64,000 nucleotides of DNA, taken from positions 15,879-79,878 of the forward strand of contig NZ_CAJUHF010000001.1 of the NCBI RefSeq assembly GCF_910585845.1, in the 5' to 3' direction. Shown here one piece after another: positions 1 through 7,086 of this stretch. A program made the position numbers and the translations under genes. Every line of letters starts with the position of its first letter. Within the stretch, counting starts at the first letter, position 1. The notes under the pieces were generated by a model. That model was given only the letters and a program-made list of their open reading frames with translations. It had not been told where the DNA came from and made no database searches. Origin of the DNA: an uncultured Bacteroides sp. (lineage in GTDB: Bacteria; Bacteroidota; Bacteroidia; Bacteroidales; Bacteroidaceae).

Positions 1-829
1 GTTCCTTGTGTATGGAGGCAAGCACCACTAAAGGATTGAACCGTTCCACCATCACTTCCGTGCAACCGTGTGTCAGGCAGTTCATCGTGGCGAGCACCAC
101 ACCGAAACAGTGGAACAGGGGGACGCAGACGCAGAGCTTGTCGTCGGCAGTGAATTTCATGTGTTCGCCTGTCAGGTATCCGTTGTTGGCGATGTTATAG
201 TGGGTCAGCATCACGCCTTTGGGGAATCCGGTGGTGCCGGAAGTGTATTGCATGTTGACTACGTCATGGCAGCTGACCCGGCTTTTGAGTTCTTCCAGAC
301 GATTGTCTTCCACGTTGTCGCCCAGGAGCAGGATTTCTGCGGTGTTGTACATGCCGCGGTGCTTCTCCTGTCCCACGTAGATTACGTTCTTCATGTGCGG
401 GAAGCGTTCGCTCTTCAGGTGTCCGCGTTGGCAGGTCTTCAGTTCCGGCAGCATGGTGTAGGTCATCTGCACGAAGTCGCTGTCTTTCTCGCCATTGACG
501 ATGCAGAGGGTGTGCATGTCCGAGTTCTCGCACAGGTATTCCAGTTCATGCTGCTTGTAGTTGGTGTTTACGGTGACGGCCACCGCGCCTATCTTGGCGC
601 ATGCATAGAGTATGGTGAGCCAGTCGGGCACATTGGCGGCCCACAAGCCCACGTGTGTGCCGTGCTCCACTCCTATGGCAGCCAGTCCTTTTGCCATGTC
701 GTCCACCCGTTGGTTGAACTGCTTCCAGGTGAAACGCAGGTTACGGTCGGAATAGACGATATATTCTTTGTCGGGCGTGGTTTCCGCCCAGTGTTCCAGC
801 CATTGGCCGAGGGTTCTTTCGTATAGCAT
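1..829 (-). CDS. AMP-dependent synthetase/ligase (acyl-CoA synthetase family), N-terminal ~276 codons; 3' end lies left of the window
   Basis: Own minus-strand translation from ATG (827-829): [25 protein letters not shown]...[23 protein letters not shown]. This carries the AMP-binding SGTTGxPKG signature and the frame stays open to base 1. It is missing from the ORF track because it is truncated; the 68-826 plus ORF is its antisense shadow. Confidence 0.8.
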   Translation of the reverse strand, partial: MLYERTLGQWLEHWAETTPDKEYIVYSDRNLRFTWKQFNQRVDDMAKGLAAIGVEHGTHVGLWAANVPDWLTILYACAKIGAVAVTVNTNYKQHELEYLCENSDMHTLCIVNGEKDSDFVQMTYTMLPELKTCQRGHLKSERFPHMKNVIYVGQEKHRGMYNTAEILLLGDNVEDNRLEELKSRVSCHDVVNMQYTSGTTGFPKGVMLTHYNIANNGYLTGEHMKFTADDKLCVCVPLFHCFGVVLATMNCLTHGCTEVMVERFNPLVVLASIHKE

Positions 830-854
830 AGCAATTGATAATTGTCAATTGTTT

Positions 855-1430
855 TCAGATCGGAGTATAAATTACTGCAAGTATCTTTGCTGCCTGCCCT
901 TTGTATGCGTGTACGTGATGCGGCACGATAGAGTCGTAGTAGATGCTGTCTCCTTCTTCGAGCAGGTAGGTGTTTTTGCCGTAACTGATTTCCATGACCC
1001 CTTCCATGACCATGATGAACTCTTCGCCTTCGTGTGAGGAGAGCACGAAATCATTGTCTTCGGTGGCGGCCACGTCGATGATGAAAGGCTCCATGTGTCG
1101 GTCGGCTTTCGACTTGGAGAGGGAATGATACTCCATGTGCTTACGGCTCTGTATGGCATTGTTGGAGAAGCTGATGGTGTCTTTGGCTTCCGTCTTGCGG
1201 CAGATGGCGGGTCCTGTCTCGTCCTGATCGTCGAGGAATGTGCCCAGCCGGACGCCCAGCACGCGGGCTATCTTGATGAGCGGAGCCAATGAGGGCAGGT
1301 CGATGTTGTTTTCTATACGTTCAATCTGTTCCACGGCTAAGCCGGAACGTTCAGCCAATTGTTCCATGCTGATGGACTGGCTTTCGCGGAGAGACTTGAT
1401 TTTTTCTCCGACAATCTTGCTGGTATCCAT
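855..1430 (-). CDS. XRE-family HTH transcriptional regulator with C-terminal cupin domain
   Basis: 191-aa track ORF. The N-terminus (IKSLRESQSISMEQLAERSGLAVEQIERIENN) is a classic XRE HTH. The C-terminal beta-rich part (EGEEFIMVMEGVMEISYG...YYDSIVPHHV) looks like a cupin. Confidence 0.8.
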   Translation of the reverse strand: MDTSKIVGEKIKSLRESQSISMEQLAERSGLAVEQIERIENNIDLPSLAPLIKIARVLGVRLGTFLDDQDETGPAICRKTEAKDTISFSNNAIQSRKHMEYHSLSKSKADRHMEPFIIDVAATEDNDFVLSSHEGEEFIMVMEGVMEISYGKNTYLLEEGDSIYYDSIVPHHVHAYKGQAAKILAVIYTPI

Positions 1431-1652
1431 AATGATAGAATTTAGGGACTAAAAGTTATAAATCATAATTGTTAAATTGCAAAAATACAGTAAACTTTTA
1501 CTTGTTGCAAGGATATGGGAAGAAAAGTTCTGATAAAGCCGGCGGATTTCTGTCATTTATTGAATATTTCTTTTGAATATTTCTATTTAACTTCGATATA
1601 GTCTTTACATTATCTTTTATGATTTCCTGATGTGTTTTCATACAGATAACCT

Positions 1653-1716
1653 ATTGGCGAAATTAAATTAACCTGTTGGCGGAATTAAAATAGCGCATAT
1701 CCGTTGGCGGAATTTA
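1653..1716 (+). repeat. Three direct copies of a GTTGGCGGAATTAA-like 14-mer
   Basis: ATTGGCGAAATTAA at 1653-1666, GTTGGCGGAATTAA at 1675-1688, GTTGGCGGAATTTA at 1703-1716. The exact reverse complement of the middle copy lies at 7033-7046. Confidence 0.7.
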
Positions 1717-1759
1717 GAGCCTGTTTAAATTTTATTCAACCTAAATTTAAACAGGCTCT
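1716..1759. repeat. Perfect palindrome AGAGCCTGTTTAAATTT-N10-AAATTTAAACAGGCTCT
   Basis: 17-nt arms read directly. The same arms recur at 5428-5444 and 5585-5601. Confidence 0.8.
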
Positions 1760-2217
1760 TAATTGAATACCGGATTTTATACGGCAATAGACGGGAGAAC
1801 AGGCGGAGTTTTCTCTCCTTTTGCTTCTATAAAGTTAAAAAGTATAAAGAACTTGTGCTTTTGAGCTAAAAAACGCTGCGTGATTTGGTTTTTAGAAATT
1901 CAAGTGGTAAATTTACCTCGTTTAAGGATAATTCTATAATCCGCATTAGAGATTAGTTCCGTCCCTCGCATGGAGTCCCCGAAGACGGAGCGCAATGAAC
2001 TGGGATATCTGCTTCTAACCGTGAATGCAAGCTAATTCTAACACCATAGGAGTTTGTTTTTCACTGGCCCGGTGACAGCCATCTGATGTCACCCGCCCAA
2101 GACGTACATCGGCGAATAGCCAAAGGTAGTTCCTGAAAGAAAGTCGGAACAGCCACCCGTATGTCTCCAAAAAAACAACATTTTACGAACTTTTTTTTTC
2201 AGAAAGGAGAAAGAACA

Positions 2218-3468
2218 ATGACGACGAACTTCTATTTCACCCATCCCATCGCGGCGTCGTTCGACCCGCGAATACATGTGCTGGAGGAAAAGCTGCACGG
2301 TAAAGGTTATGGATTGTATTGGTATATCCGCGAAAAACTGTCCTACTTCCCCCGGAAGTGTTGCCGATTGGAAGATTTGAAGCCCTTTGCAACCAAGTAT
2401 TACACCTACAGGCTGATGCAACAAGTGGTGCTGGAATCCGGCCTGTTCGAGATTGAAAGAGGATATATCATCCCCCTGAGACTGAAATGCGAAGGAGAGA
2501 CGAACGGCGAAGAACTAATCTTCGGAGACACGCCCACCAAGCCGAAAAGAGGAAACAAGACAAGCCGGAAGAGCTGCGGAACTGAATCAAAAAACAGCGG
2601 AACCGAAGCAAAAAGTAGCAGAACCGAATCAAAAAACAGCGAAAATCCGTCCATTTCTGACGAAAATCCGATGAAAAACGATGAAAATCCATCAAAAAAC
2701 AGCGGAAAACAAGCGGAAAATGGCAAAAAACGAACGAAAAATGACGAAAAACAAGCGATTTTTAATGAAAAACAAGCGTTTTTTGACGGAAAACAAGCGG
2801 AAAACAGCGGAAAACGAGTGAAAAAAGCATCAAATAAACAGCCAGAACGCACTGATAAACAAGAATTTGCATACAATCTCTTTGAAACAAGCAACACAAA
2901 CACGTCCATATATATAAAAAAAGAAAAAGAGAAAGAAAGAAAAATTATTTCTTCTACAGAAAAAGAAGAAGAAGAAAAAGAGGGAAAGGCGGAAAAGGCG
3001 GTGAACAACCGGAACGTCCCGTCTGCCCCTCCGTCCCTGCCGCCCGTCCGCTCCTGGCAGCAATACGTGGCGCACTTGGGCACCGACAGGCAATGGGTCG
3101 AGATAGCCTGCATGAAAAGCGGTTTCGGTGTCCTGCTGATGAAGCACTTCGACCGGGCCAAAGAGCTGTTCGCCGAGCACATCATCGCCTTCGGACGGGG
3201 AGACAGACTCCTCACCCAGGAGGACGTGACGAGCTATTTCATCTCCTTCGTCACCCACCCCGTCACCTCGAAGGAGCTGCACAACCAGCTACTGGAGCTC
3301 GAACGGCGCGACATGTCCCCGTCCGACAACCCCTACCGCCACGAGCAGCGGCTGGGAGGACGCCGCATGTACAACGGTCGCCCCATCCCCGACAACGCCC
3401 CTCCACGTCCCGACGGCCACTCCCTGTGGAATGACCGCCTGAAGCGTTGGGAGCCGGAGTACGGATAA
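2218..3468 (+). CDS. DUF4373 (Lin1244/Lin1753-like, DnaD-related) domain protein with low-complexity K/E/N-rich central linker
   Basis: Track ORF 2161-3468. I prefer the ATG at 2218 (MTTNFYFTHPIAASFDPRIHVLEEKLHGKGYGLYWYIREKL), which matches my recollection of the DUF4373 N-terminus. It lies just upstream of a primase-helicase. Confidence 0.65.
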   Translation: MTTNFYFTHPIAASFDPRIHVLEEKLHGKGYGLYWYIREKLSYFPRKCCRLEDLKPFATKYYTYRLMQQVVLESGLFEIERGYIIPLRLKCEGETNGEELIFGDTPTKPKRGNKTSRKSCGTESKNSGTEAKSSRTESKNSENPSISDENPMKNDENPSKNSGKQAENGKKRTKNDEKQAIFNEKQAFFDGKQAENSGKRVKKASNKQPERTDKQEFAYNLFETSNTNTSIYIKKEKEKERKIISSTEKEEEEKEGKAEKAVNNRNVPSAPPSLPPVRSWQQYVAHLGTDRQWVEIACMKSGFGVLLMKHFDRAKELFAEHIIAFGRGDRLLTQEDVTSYFISFVTHPVTSKELHNQLLELERRDMSPSDNPYRHEQRLGGRRMYNGRPIPDNAPPRPDGHSLWNDRLKRWEPEYG

Positions 3469-3534
3469 AAACCCGCCGCATTTGCCGCCACATCCCCTGG
3501 GGTTTGCCGGAACGTTGCCCCGCATCTGACCGGA

Positions 3535-3625
3535 AAACCCCACGGGAATCGGACATAAACCCCACAGGAATCGGACACAAAGCCCGGGGCAATTTTCCAT
3601 TTTCCATTTTCAACTTTCAATTTCC
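3535..3625 (+). repeat. Intergenic repeats upstream of the primase gene
   Basis: Two tandem 22-nt units AAACCCCAC(G/A)GGAATCGGACA (3535-3555 and 3557-3577), then TTTTCCATTTTCCATTTTCAACTTTCAATTTCC (3593-3625). Confidence 0.7.
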
Positions 3626-3634
3626 AAAGGACCC

Positions 3635-5440
3635 ATGAGAAACTTCAGCCAAGCCGGCATCGACACCGGCGGCCACATCAGTGGCAAAATAAGAACCACC
3701 TGTCCCAAGTGCAAAGACACCCGGACACACCCCGAAGACAAATCACTCTCTGTGGACATAGACACCGGCTGGTGCTACTGCTTCCACTGCGAGGCGCGCT
3801 TCCGCGTCCCCGACCTTGAGGAAGAGCGCCTCCGCCGGCAGCACCTCGACCGTCAACGCCAGGAGCGCGAAGCCCACGCAGCCGCCAAACGCTACGTCCG
3901 CCCCACCTTCGTGGAGGCCAACCTCAACCTGCCTGCCCCCATCGCCGACTACCTGACGAGCCGCCGGGGACTGAGCCTCCGGACCCTGCGCGAACTGAAG
4001 GTGACCGGACAATACGAAATCATGCCCGCCGCCACAGGAAACGGCGCCAACGATCCCGAACTCTGCATCGGCTTCAACTACTTCGAAGACGGACGGCTCG
4101 TGAACACCAAGTTCCGCACCCTGCAGAAGGGCTTCAAGATGGTGAAAGGCGCCGAACTCATCCCCTACAACCTCGACTCGCTGCTCGGACACTCCGAATG
4201 CTACATCGTGGAGGGGGAGATAGACGCCCTGACCCTGCACGAAGTGGGGCGCACCCCCGTCATCTCCGTGCCCGCCGGAGGCAACACCAACTCCACCTGG
4301 CTGGACCGCTTCGTCGAGAGCCACTTCGACGACAAGAAGACCATCTTCCTCGCCACGGACAACGACACGAACGGACTGAAGATGCGCCACGAACTGATGC
4401 GCCGTTTCGGCGAAGAACGGTGCCGCATCGTCACCTTCAGTCCCGGATGCAAGGACGCCAACGAGGAACTGCTCAAACACGGACGCGAAAGCCTGTTGCG
4501 CTGTCTCGACGCCGCTGCCGAACCGCCCATAGAAGGCGTGGTGACTGCCAACGACATGCGCGAGGAGCTGCAAGCCCTCTTCGAGAACGGACTGACACGT
4601 GGCGCCGGGACGGGTCTGCCCAACTTCGACCGCCTGTGCACCTTCGAGACCGGGCGCCTGCTCGTGGTCACCGGACGTCCCGGCGACGGAAAGTCGGAGT
4701 TCGTAGACGAGCTGGTCACCCGTCTGGGCATGCTGCACGACTGGAAGACCCTCTTCTTCAGCCCCGAAAACCAACCGCTCGCCCTGCACCAGTGCAAGCT
4801 TATCGAACGCATCGCCGGAGGGAAGTTCCGCCGCAGTTCGGGACTGGAACCGCAGTTCGTGAAGCAGGTCATGGAATGGCTCAGCGAAAACATCTTCCAC
4901 CTGCAACCCGGCATCGAGGCCTACACCCTGGAGCGCGTGCTGCACACTGCCCGCCAGATGGTAGTGCGCAAGGGTATACGTATCCTCGTCATCGATCCCC
5001 TGAACCGCCTGGAACAGCCGCTCGCCCCGGGACAGACCGAACTGCAGTACATCTCCGACCTGCTGAACCGCCTGAGCCGCTTCGCCGTGCAGAACCGCTG
5101 TCTCGTCATTCTCGTAGCCCATCCGCGCAAGGTGAACCGCACCTCCACGGGCGAACTGCGCCGCGTGGAGATGAACGACATCAACGGCTCAGCCGACTTC
5201 GCCAACAAGTGCGACTACTGTTTCGTAGTGGAACGCGACCGCGGGGCGGACCTCACCCGCGTGCATGTGGAGAAAGTGCGCTTCCGGCACCTCGGCGAAC
5301 CCGGGCACTGCTGCTTCACCTACAACAAAGACTGCGGCCGCTACCAGCCCTGCCGCGAACGACCGGACGGCAACAGCCGCGAAATCTTTGATGTGGAATA
5401 CCCCGAAAGTTTCTGGGAAGAGGTTTTAGAGCCTGTTTAA
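3635..5440 (+). CDS. Bifunctional DNA primase-helicase (zinc finger + Toprim + RecA/DnaB-like P-loop NTPase)
   Basis: 601 aa. Motifs: CPKCKDT...CFHCEA zinc finger; Toprim-like YIVEGEIDALTL and ATDNDTNG; Walker A VVTGRPGDGKSE; Walker B-like ILVIDPLN. The region is strongly GC-rich, with long stop-free shadow ORFs. Confidence 0.8.
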   Translation: MRNFSQAGIDTGGHISGKIRTTCPKCKDTRTHPEDKSLSVDIDTGWCYCFHCEARFRVPDLEEERLRRQHLDRQRQEREAHAAAKRYVRPTFVEANLNLPAPIADYLTSRRGLSLRTLRELKVTGQYEIMPAATGNGANDPELCIGFNYFEDGRLVNTKFRTLQKGFKMVKGAELIPYNLDSLLGHSECYIVEGEIDALTLHEVGRTPVISVPAGGNTNSTWLDRFVESHFDDKKTIFLATDNDTNGLKMRHELMRRFGEERCRIVTFSPGCKDANEELLKHGRESLLRCLDAAAEPPIEGVVTANDMREELQALFENGLTRGAGTGLPNFDRLCTFETGRLLVVTGRPGDGKSEFVDELVTRLGMLHDWKTLFFSPENQPLALHQCKLIERIAGGKFRRSSGLEPQFVKQVMEWLSENIFHLQPGIEAYTLERVLHTARQMVVRKGIRILVIDPLNRLEQPLAPGQTELQYISDLLNRLSRFAVQNRCLVILVAHPRKVNRTSTGELRRVEMNDINGSADFANKCDYCFVVERDRGADLTRVHVEKVRFRHLGEPGHCCFTYNKDCGRYQPCRERPDGNSREIFDVEYPESFWEEVLEPV

Positions 5441-5601
5441 ATTTTCTTCAAAAAGTTTTTATTCAGCTTCTTTAGAGTTTCTTTTCGGTCTGTTTTCCTC
5501 TTTTTATTCGTCACATAGCCCGCTATGCTCCTCATAAAAACAGAAAAACATCCTCAAAAAGAACTCTCAAAAGAAAGCTGAACAAAATTTAAACAGGCTC
5601 T
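5428..5601. repeat. 174-nt long palindrome whose termini equal the 1716-1759 palindrome arms
   Basis: AGAGCCTGTTTAAATTT (5428-5444, overlapping the primase stop codon) and AAATTTAAACAGGCTCT (5585-5601). The inner sequence is itself imperfectly self-complementary (TTCAGCTTCTTTAGAGTTTCTTTT / AAAAGAACTCTCAAAAGAAAGCTGAA). Confidence 0.75.
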
Positions 5602-5632
5602 TAAAAACTCAAATAAAAACTCACAATCTCGA

Positions 5633-5872
5633 TCAAGGAGCGCCCAACGCCTCGACAATCAGTTTGACCTGCGCCGGTGTATAACACTTGGCACACGGAT
5701 TCAGCCCGGTCTGCTTCAATGCTTCGAGCAGGCTGGGCTGCACTTTAATCCAGCGGTTCAGCATCCTGACCGCACTTTCTTCGCCAATCCTTGGATTGTA
5801 TCTCGCTGCCAGTTCCCTCTTGCCATAACTGCGCAGCTCGAATTCTGTTTCTGTCACTTCTTCCTTTTTCAT
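5633..5872 (-). CDS. DUF4248 domain protein
   Basis: Track ORF 5633-5905 starts at GTG. I prefer the ATG at 5872 (MKKEEVTETEFELRSYGKRELAARYNP...WIKVQPSLLEALKQTGL...YTPAQVKLIVEALGAP), which fits the DUF4248 pattern as I recall it. Confidence 0.6.
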   Translation of the reverse strand: MKKEEVTETEFELRSYGKRELAARYNPRIGEESAVRMLNRWIKVQPSLLEALKQTGLNPCAKCYTPAQVKLIVEALGAP

Positions 5873-5974
5873 TGTCTTGTCGCTTTTAGTTTGATGGGGA
5901 AACACCGCTTTCCTCTGTTACAAATATACAAAAAAAGCGTGGAATAGTCAACTTTTTTCACGGTTTTATGCACA

Positions 5975-6064
5975 CGAAACCTGACGAAACCTGACAAAAC
6001 CTGACAAAACCTGTCATATCCTGTCATATCCCGACAAAACCTGACAGAACCTGACAAAACCTGA
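5975..6064. repeat. Tandem array of about nine 10-bp units (consensus CTGACAAAAC)
   Basis: The read shows an exact 10-nt register: ctgacgaaac ctgacaaaac ctgacaaaac ctgtcatatc ctgtcatatc ccgacaaaac ctgacagaac ctgacaaaac. The array sits between the divergent DUF4248 and HU-like genes. Confidence 0.85.
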
Positions 6065-6085
6065 TTTCCCCAATTTCACATGTCG

Positions 6086-6093
6086 TATCTTTG
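6086..6093 (+). promoter_or_regulatory. Candidate Bacteroides -7 promoter box TATCTTTG for the HU-like gene
   Basis: Matches the TAnnTTTG -7 consensus of Bacteroides primary-sigma promoters. It lies immediately right of the 10-bp array and about 100 nt upstream of the ATG at 6196. Confidence 0.45.
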
Positions 6094-6195
6094 CGTCAGC
6101 AAGCAAGGGAAAGAGGTGCCGCGGACCCGGTTTCCGAAGCCTGCACGGGAGGAACGCCGAACCGATTCCAACAACAAACAAAAAATTACACGATT

Positions 6196-6741
6196 ATGGC
6201 AAAAGCTTTAGTAATGCGCATACAGCGCCGCAAGAAAATCGGGGACAAGAACTCCCCGCTGGTCTACACCTTGGTACGCAAACCCAAAGATGCCAAGACC
6301 TACGATTTGGAACGAATCGCCGCCGACATCGAAGCCTTGGGCGGCATGTCAGCCGAAGACGTGCTGCACGTGGCACGCGGACTCATCCGAAGTATCCGAC
6401 AGATCCTGACGGACGGCAACACGGTGAAAGTGAACGGTCTGGGACTGTTCCGCACCACCTTCAGTTGCACGCCTGCCGAAGAGGCCAAGAGCTGCACGGT
6501 GAAGAACATCCGGCGCGTCAACATCCGCTTCATGGCGGACAGCTCCCTCCGGTTAGTGAACGACACCAACGCCACCACCAAGGGCGCTCCGAACAACATT
6601 GAGTTCGAACTGGTGACGGCCGATGGCGGTAGCGGTTCCGGAAGTGAAGGCGGTTCCGGCAGTGAAAGTGGCTCCGGAAATGAAGGAGGCACTGGCAATG
6701 AAGGAGGTTCTGGAAATGTAGACGAGAATCCGTTCGGATAA
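6196..6741 (+). CDS. HU-family (histone-like) DNA-binding protein with Gly/Ser/Glu-rich C-terminal tail
   Basis: Track ORF 6091-6741 starts at TTG. The in-frame ATG at 6196 gives MAKALVMRIQRRKKIGDKNSPLVY...TVKVNGLGLFRTTF, typical of Bacteroides HU-like proteins. The tail is GGSGSGSEGGSGSESGSGNEGG. Confidence 0.75.
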   Translation: MAKALVMRIQRRKKIGDKNSPLVYTLVRKPKDAKTYDLERIAADIEALGGMSAEDVLHVARGLIRSIRQILTDGNTVKVNGLGLFRTTFSCTPAEEAKSCTVKNIRRVNIRFMADSSLRLVNDTNATTKGAPNNIEFELVTADGGSGSGSEGGSGSESGSGNEGGTGNEGGSGNVDENPFG

Positions 6742-6784
6742 TTAACTCAAGTTTCGCTTGCGAAGCTTTAAAAAACACGACATC

Positions 6785-6892
6785 ATGAAAATAAGCAAAG
6801 AAAACTGGAAAACCATCCTGAAAGTGATCGGAACCGTCATTGCCGCCATCGCCAGTGCGCTGGGGGTACAGGCGATGACACCCCATCTTTAG
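6785..6892 (+). CDS. 35-aa single-pass membrane mini-protein (resembles the family annotated as smalltalk protein in Bacteroidales)
   Basis: Own translation: MKISKENWKTILKVIGTVIAAIASALGVQAMTPHL. It is below the track size cut-off. The position just after the HU-like gene matches what I recall for this family. Confidence 0.5.
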   Translation: MKISKENWKTILKVIGTVIAAIASALGVQAMTPHL

Positions 6893-6965
6893 GATCTGCC
6901 TGGCTCTTAGTAAAGGAGTAGCAAACAGGCTTTTAATTAAATTTTTAATCATTTATTGCAGTATG

Positions 6966-6995
6966 CTGCTTCTGTCTGCAAAACGGCAGAAGCAG
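6966..6995 (+). terminator. Candidate hairpin terminator after the HU/mini-protein unit
   Basis: CTGCTTCTGTC-tgcaaaac-GGCAGAAGCAG, an 11-bp stem with one G.U pair. The T-run (CTTTTTATT) starts about 10 nt later, so this is not a textbook terminator. Confidence 0.35.
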
Positions 6996-7032
6996 TCATG
7001 TGCAACTTTTTATTATGCACTCTATTAATTAC

Positions 7033-7046
7033 TTAATTCCGCCAAC
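7033..7046 (-). repeat. Inverted copy of the GTTGGCGGAATTAA 14-mer
   Basis: TTAATTCCGCCAAC is the exact reverse complement of 1675-1688. It lies 40 nt upstream of the Tc/RHS operon start. Confidence 0.7.
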
Positions 7047-7086
7047 TGGTTATAATTATTCTATTTACTTTTAAATTCATACAGCG

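Noticed and set aside
68-826. 252-aa plus-strand ORF at the left edge
   Set aside because: Its His/Val/Gly-rich composition is nonsensical. It is the antisense shadow of the clearly recognisable minus-strand AMP-ligase gene (SGTTGFPKG motif).
1925-2160. tmRNA, RNase P RNA or SRP RNA in the cassette leader
   Set aside because: I could not find the conserved GGAAAGUCCGG (RNase P) motif, a tag-reading frame ending in ALAA with a tRNA-like 3' end, or the SRP domain IV motif. It is left as an unexplained region only.
2406-3282. 269-aa and 150-aa minus ORFs across the DUF4373 gene
   Set aside because: They are Phe/Ser-rich translations of the complement of the A-rich linker, so they are shadow ORFs.
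3743-5391. 459-aa minus ORF (3743-5122) and 397-aa plus ORF (4198-5391, Arg/Pro-rich) inside the primase-helicase gene
   Set aside because: These are stop-free alternative frames caused by high GC. Neither has any motif, while frame 3635-5440 carries ordered zinc-finger, Toprim and Walker A/B motifs.
5869-6057. 62-aa minus ORF
   Set aside because: It is simply a translation of the 10-bp tandem array and gives a periodic peptide (…RFCQVLSGFVRFRV…). It also overlaps the DUF4248 start region.
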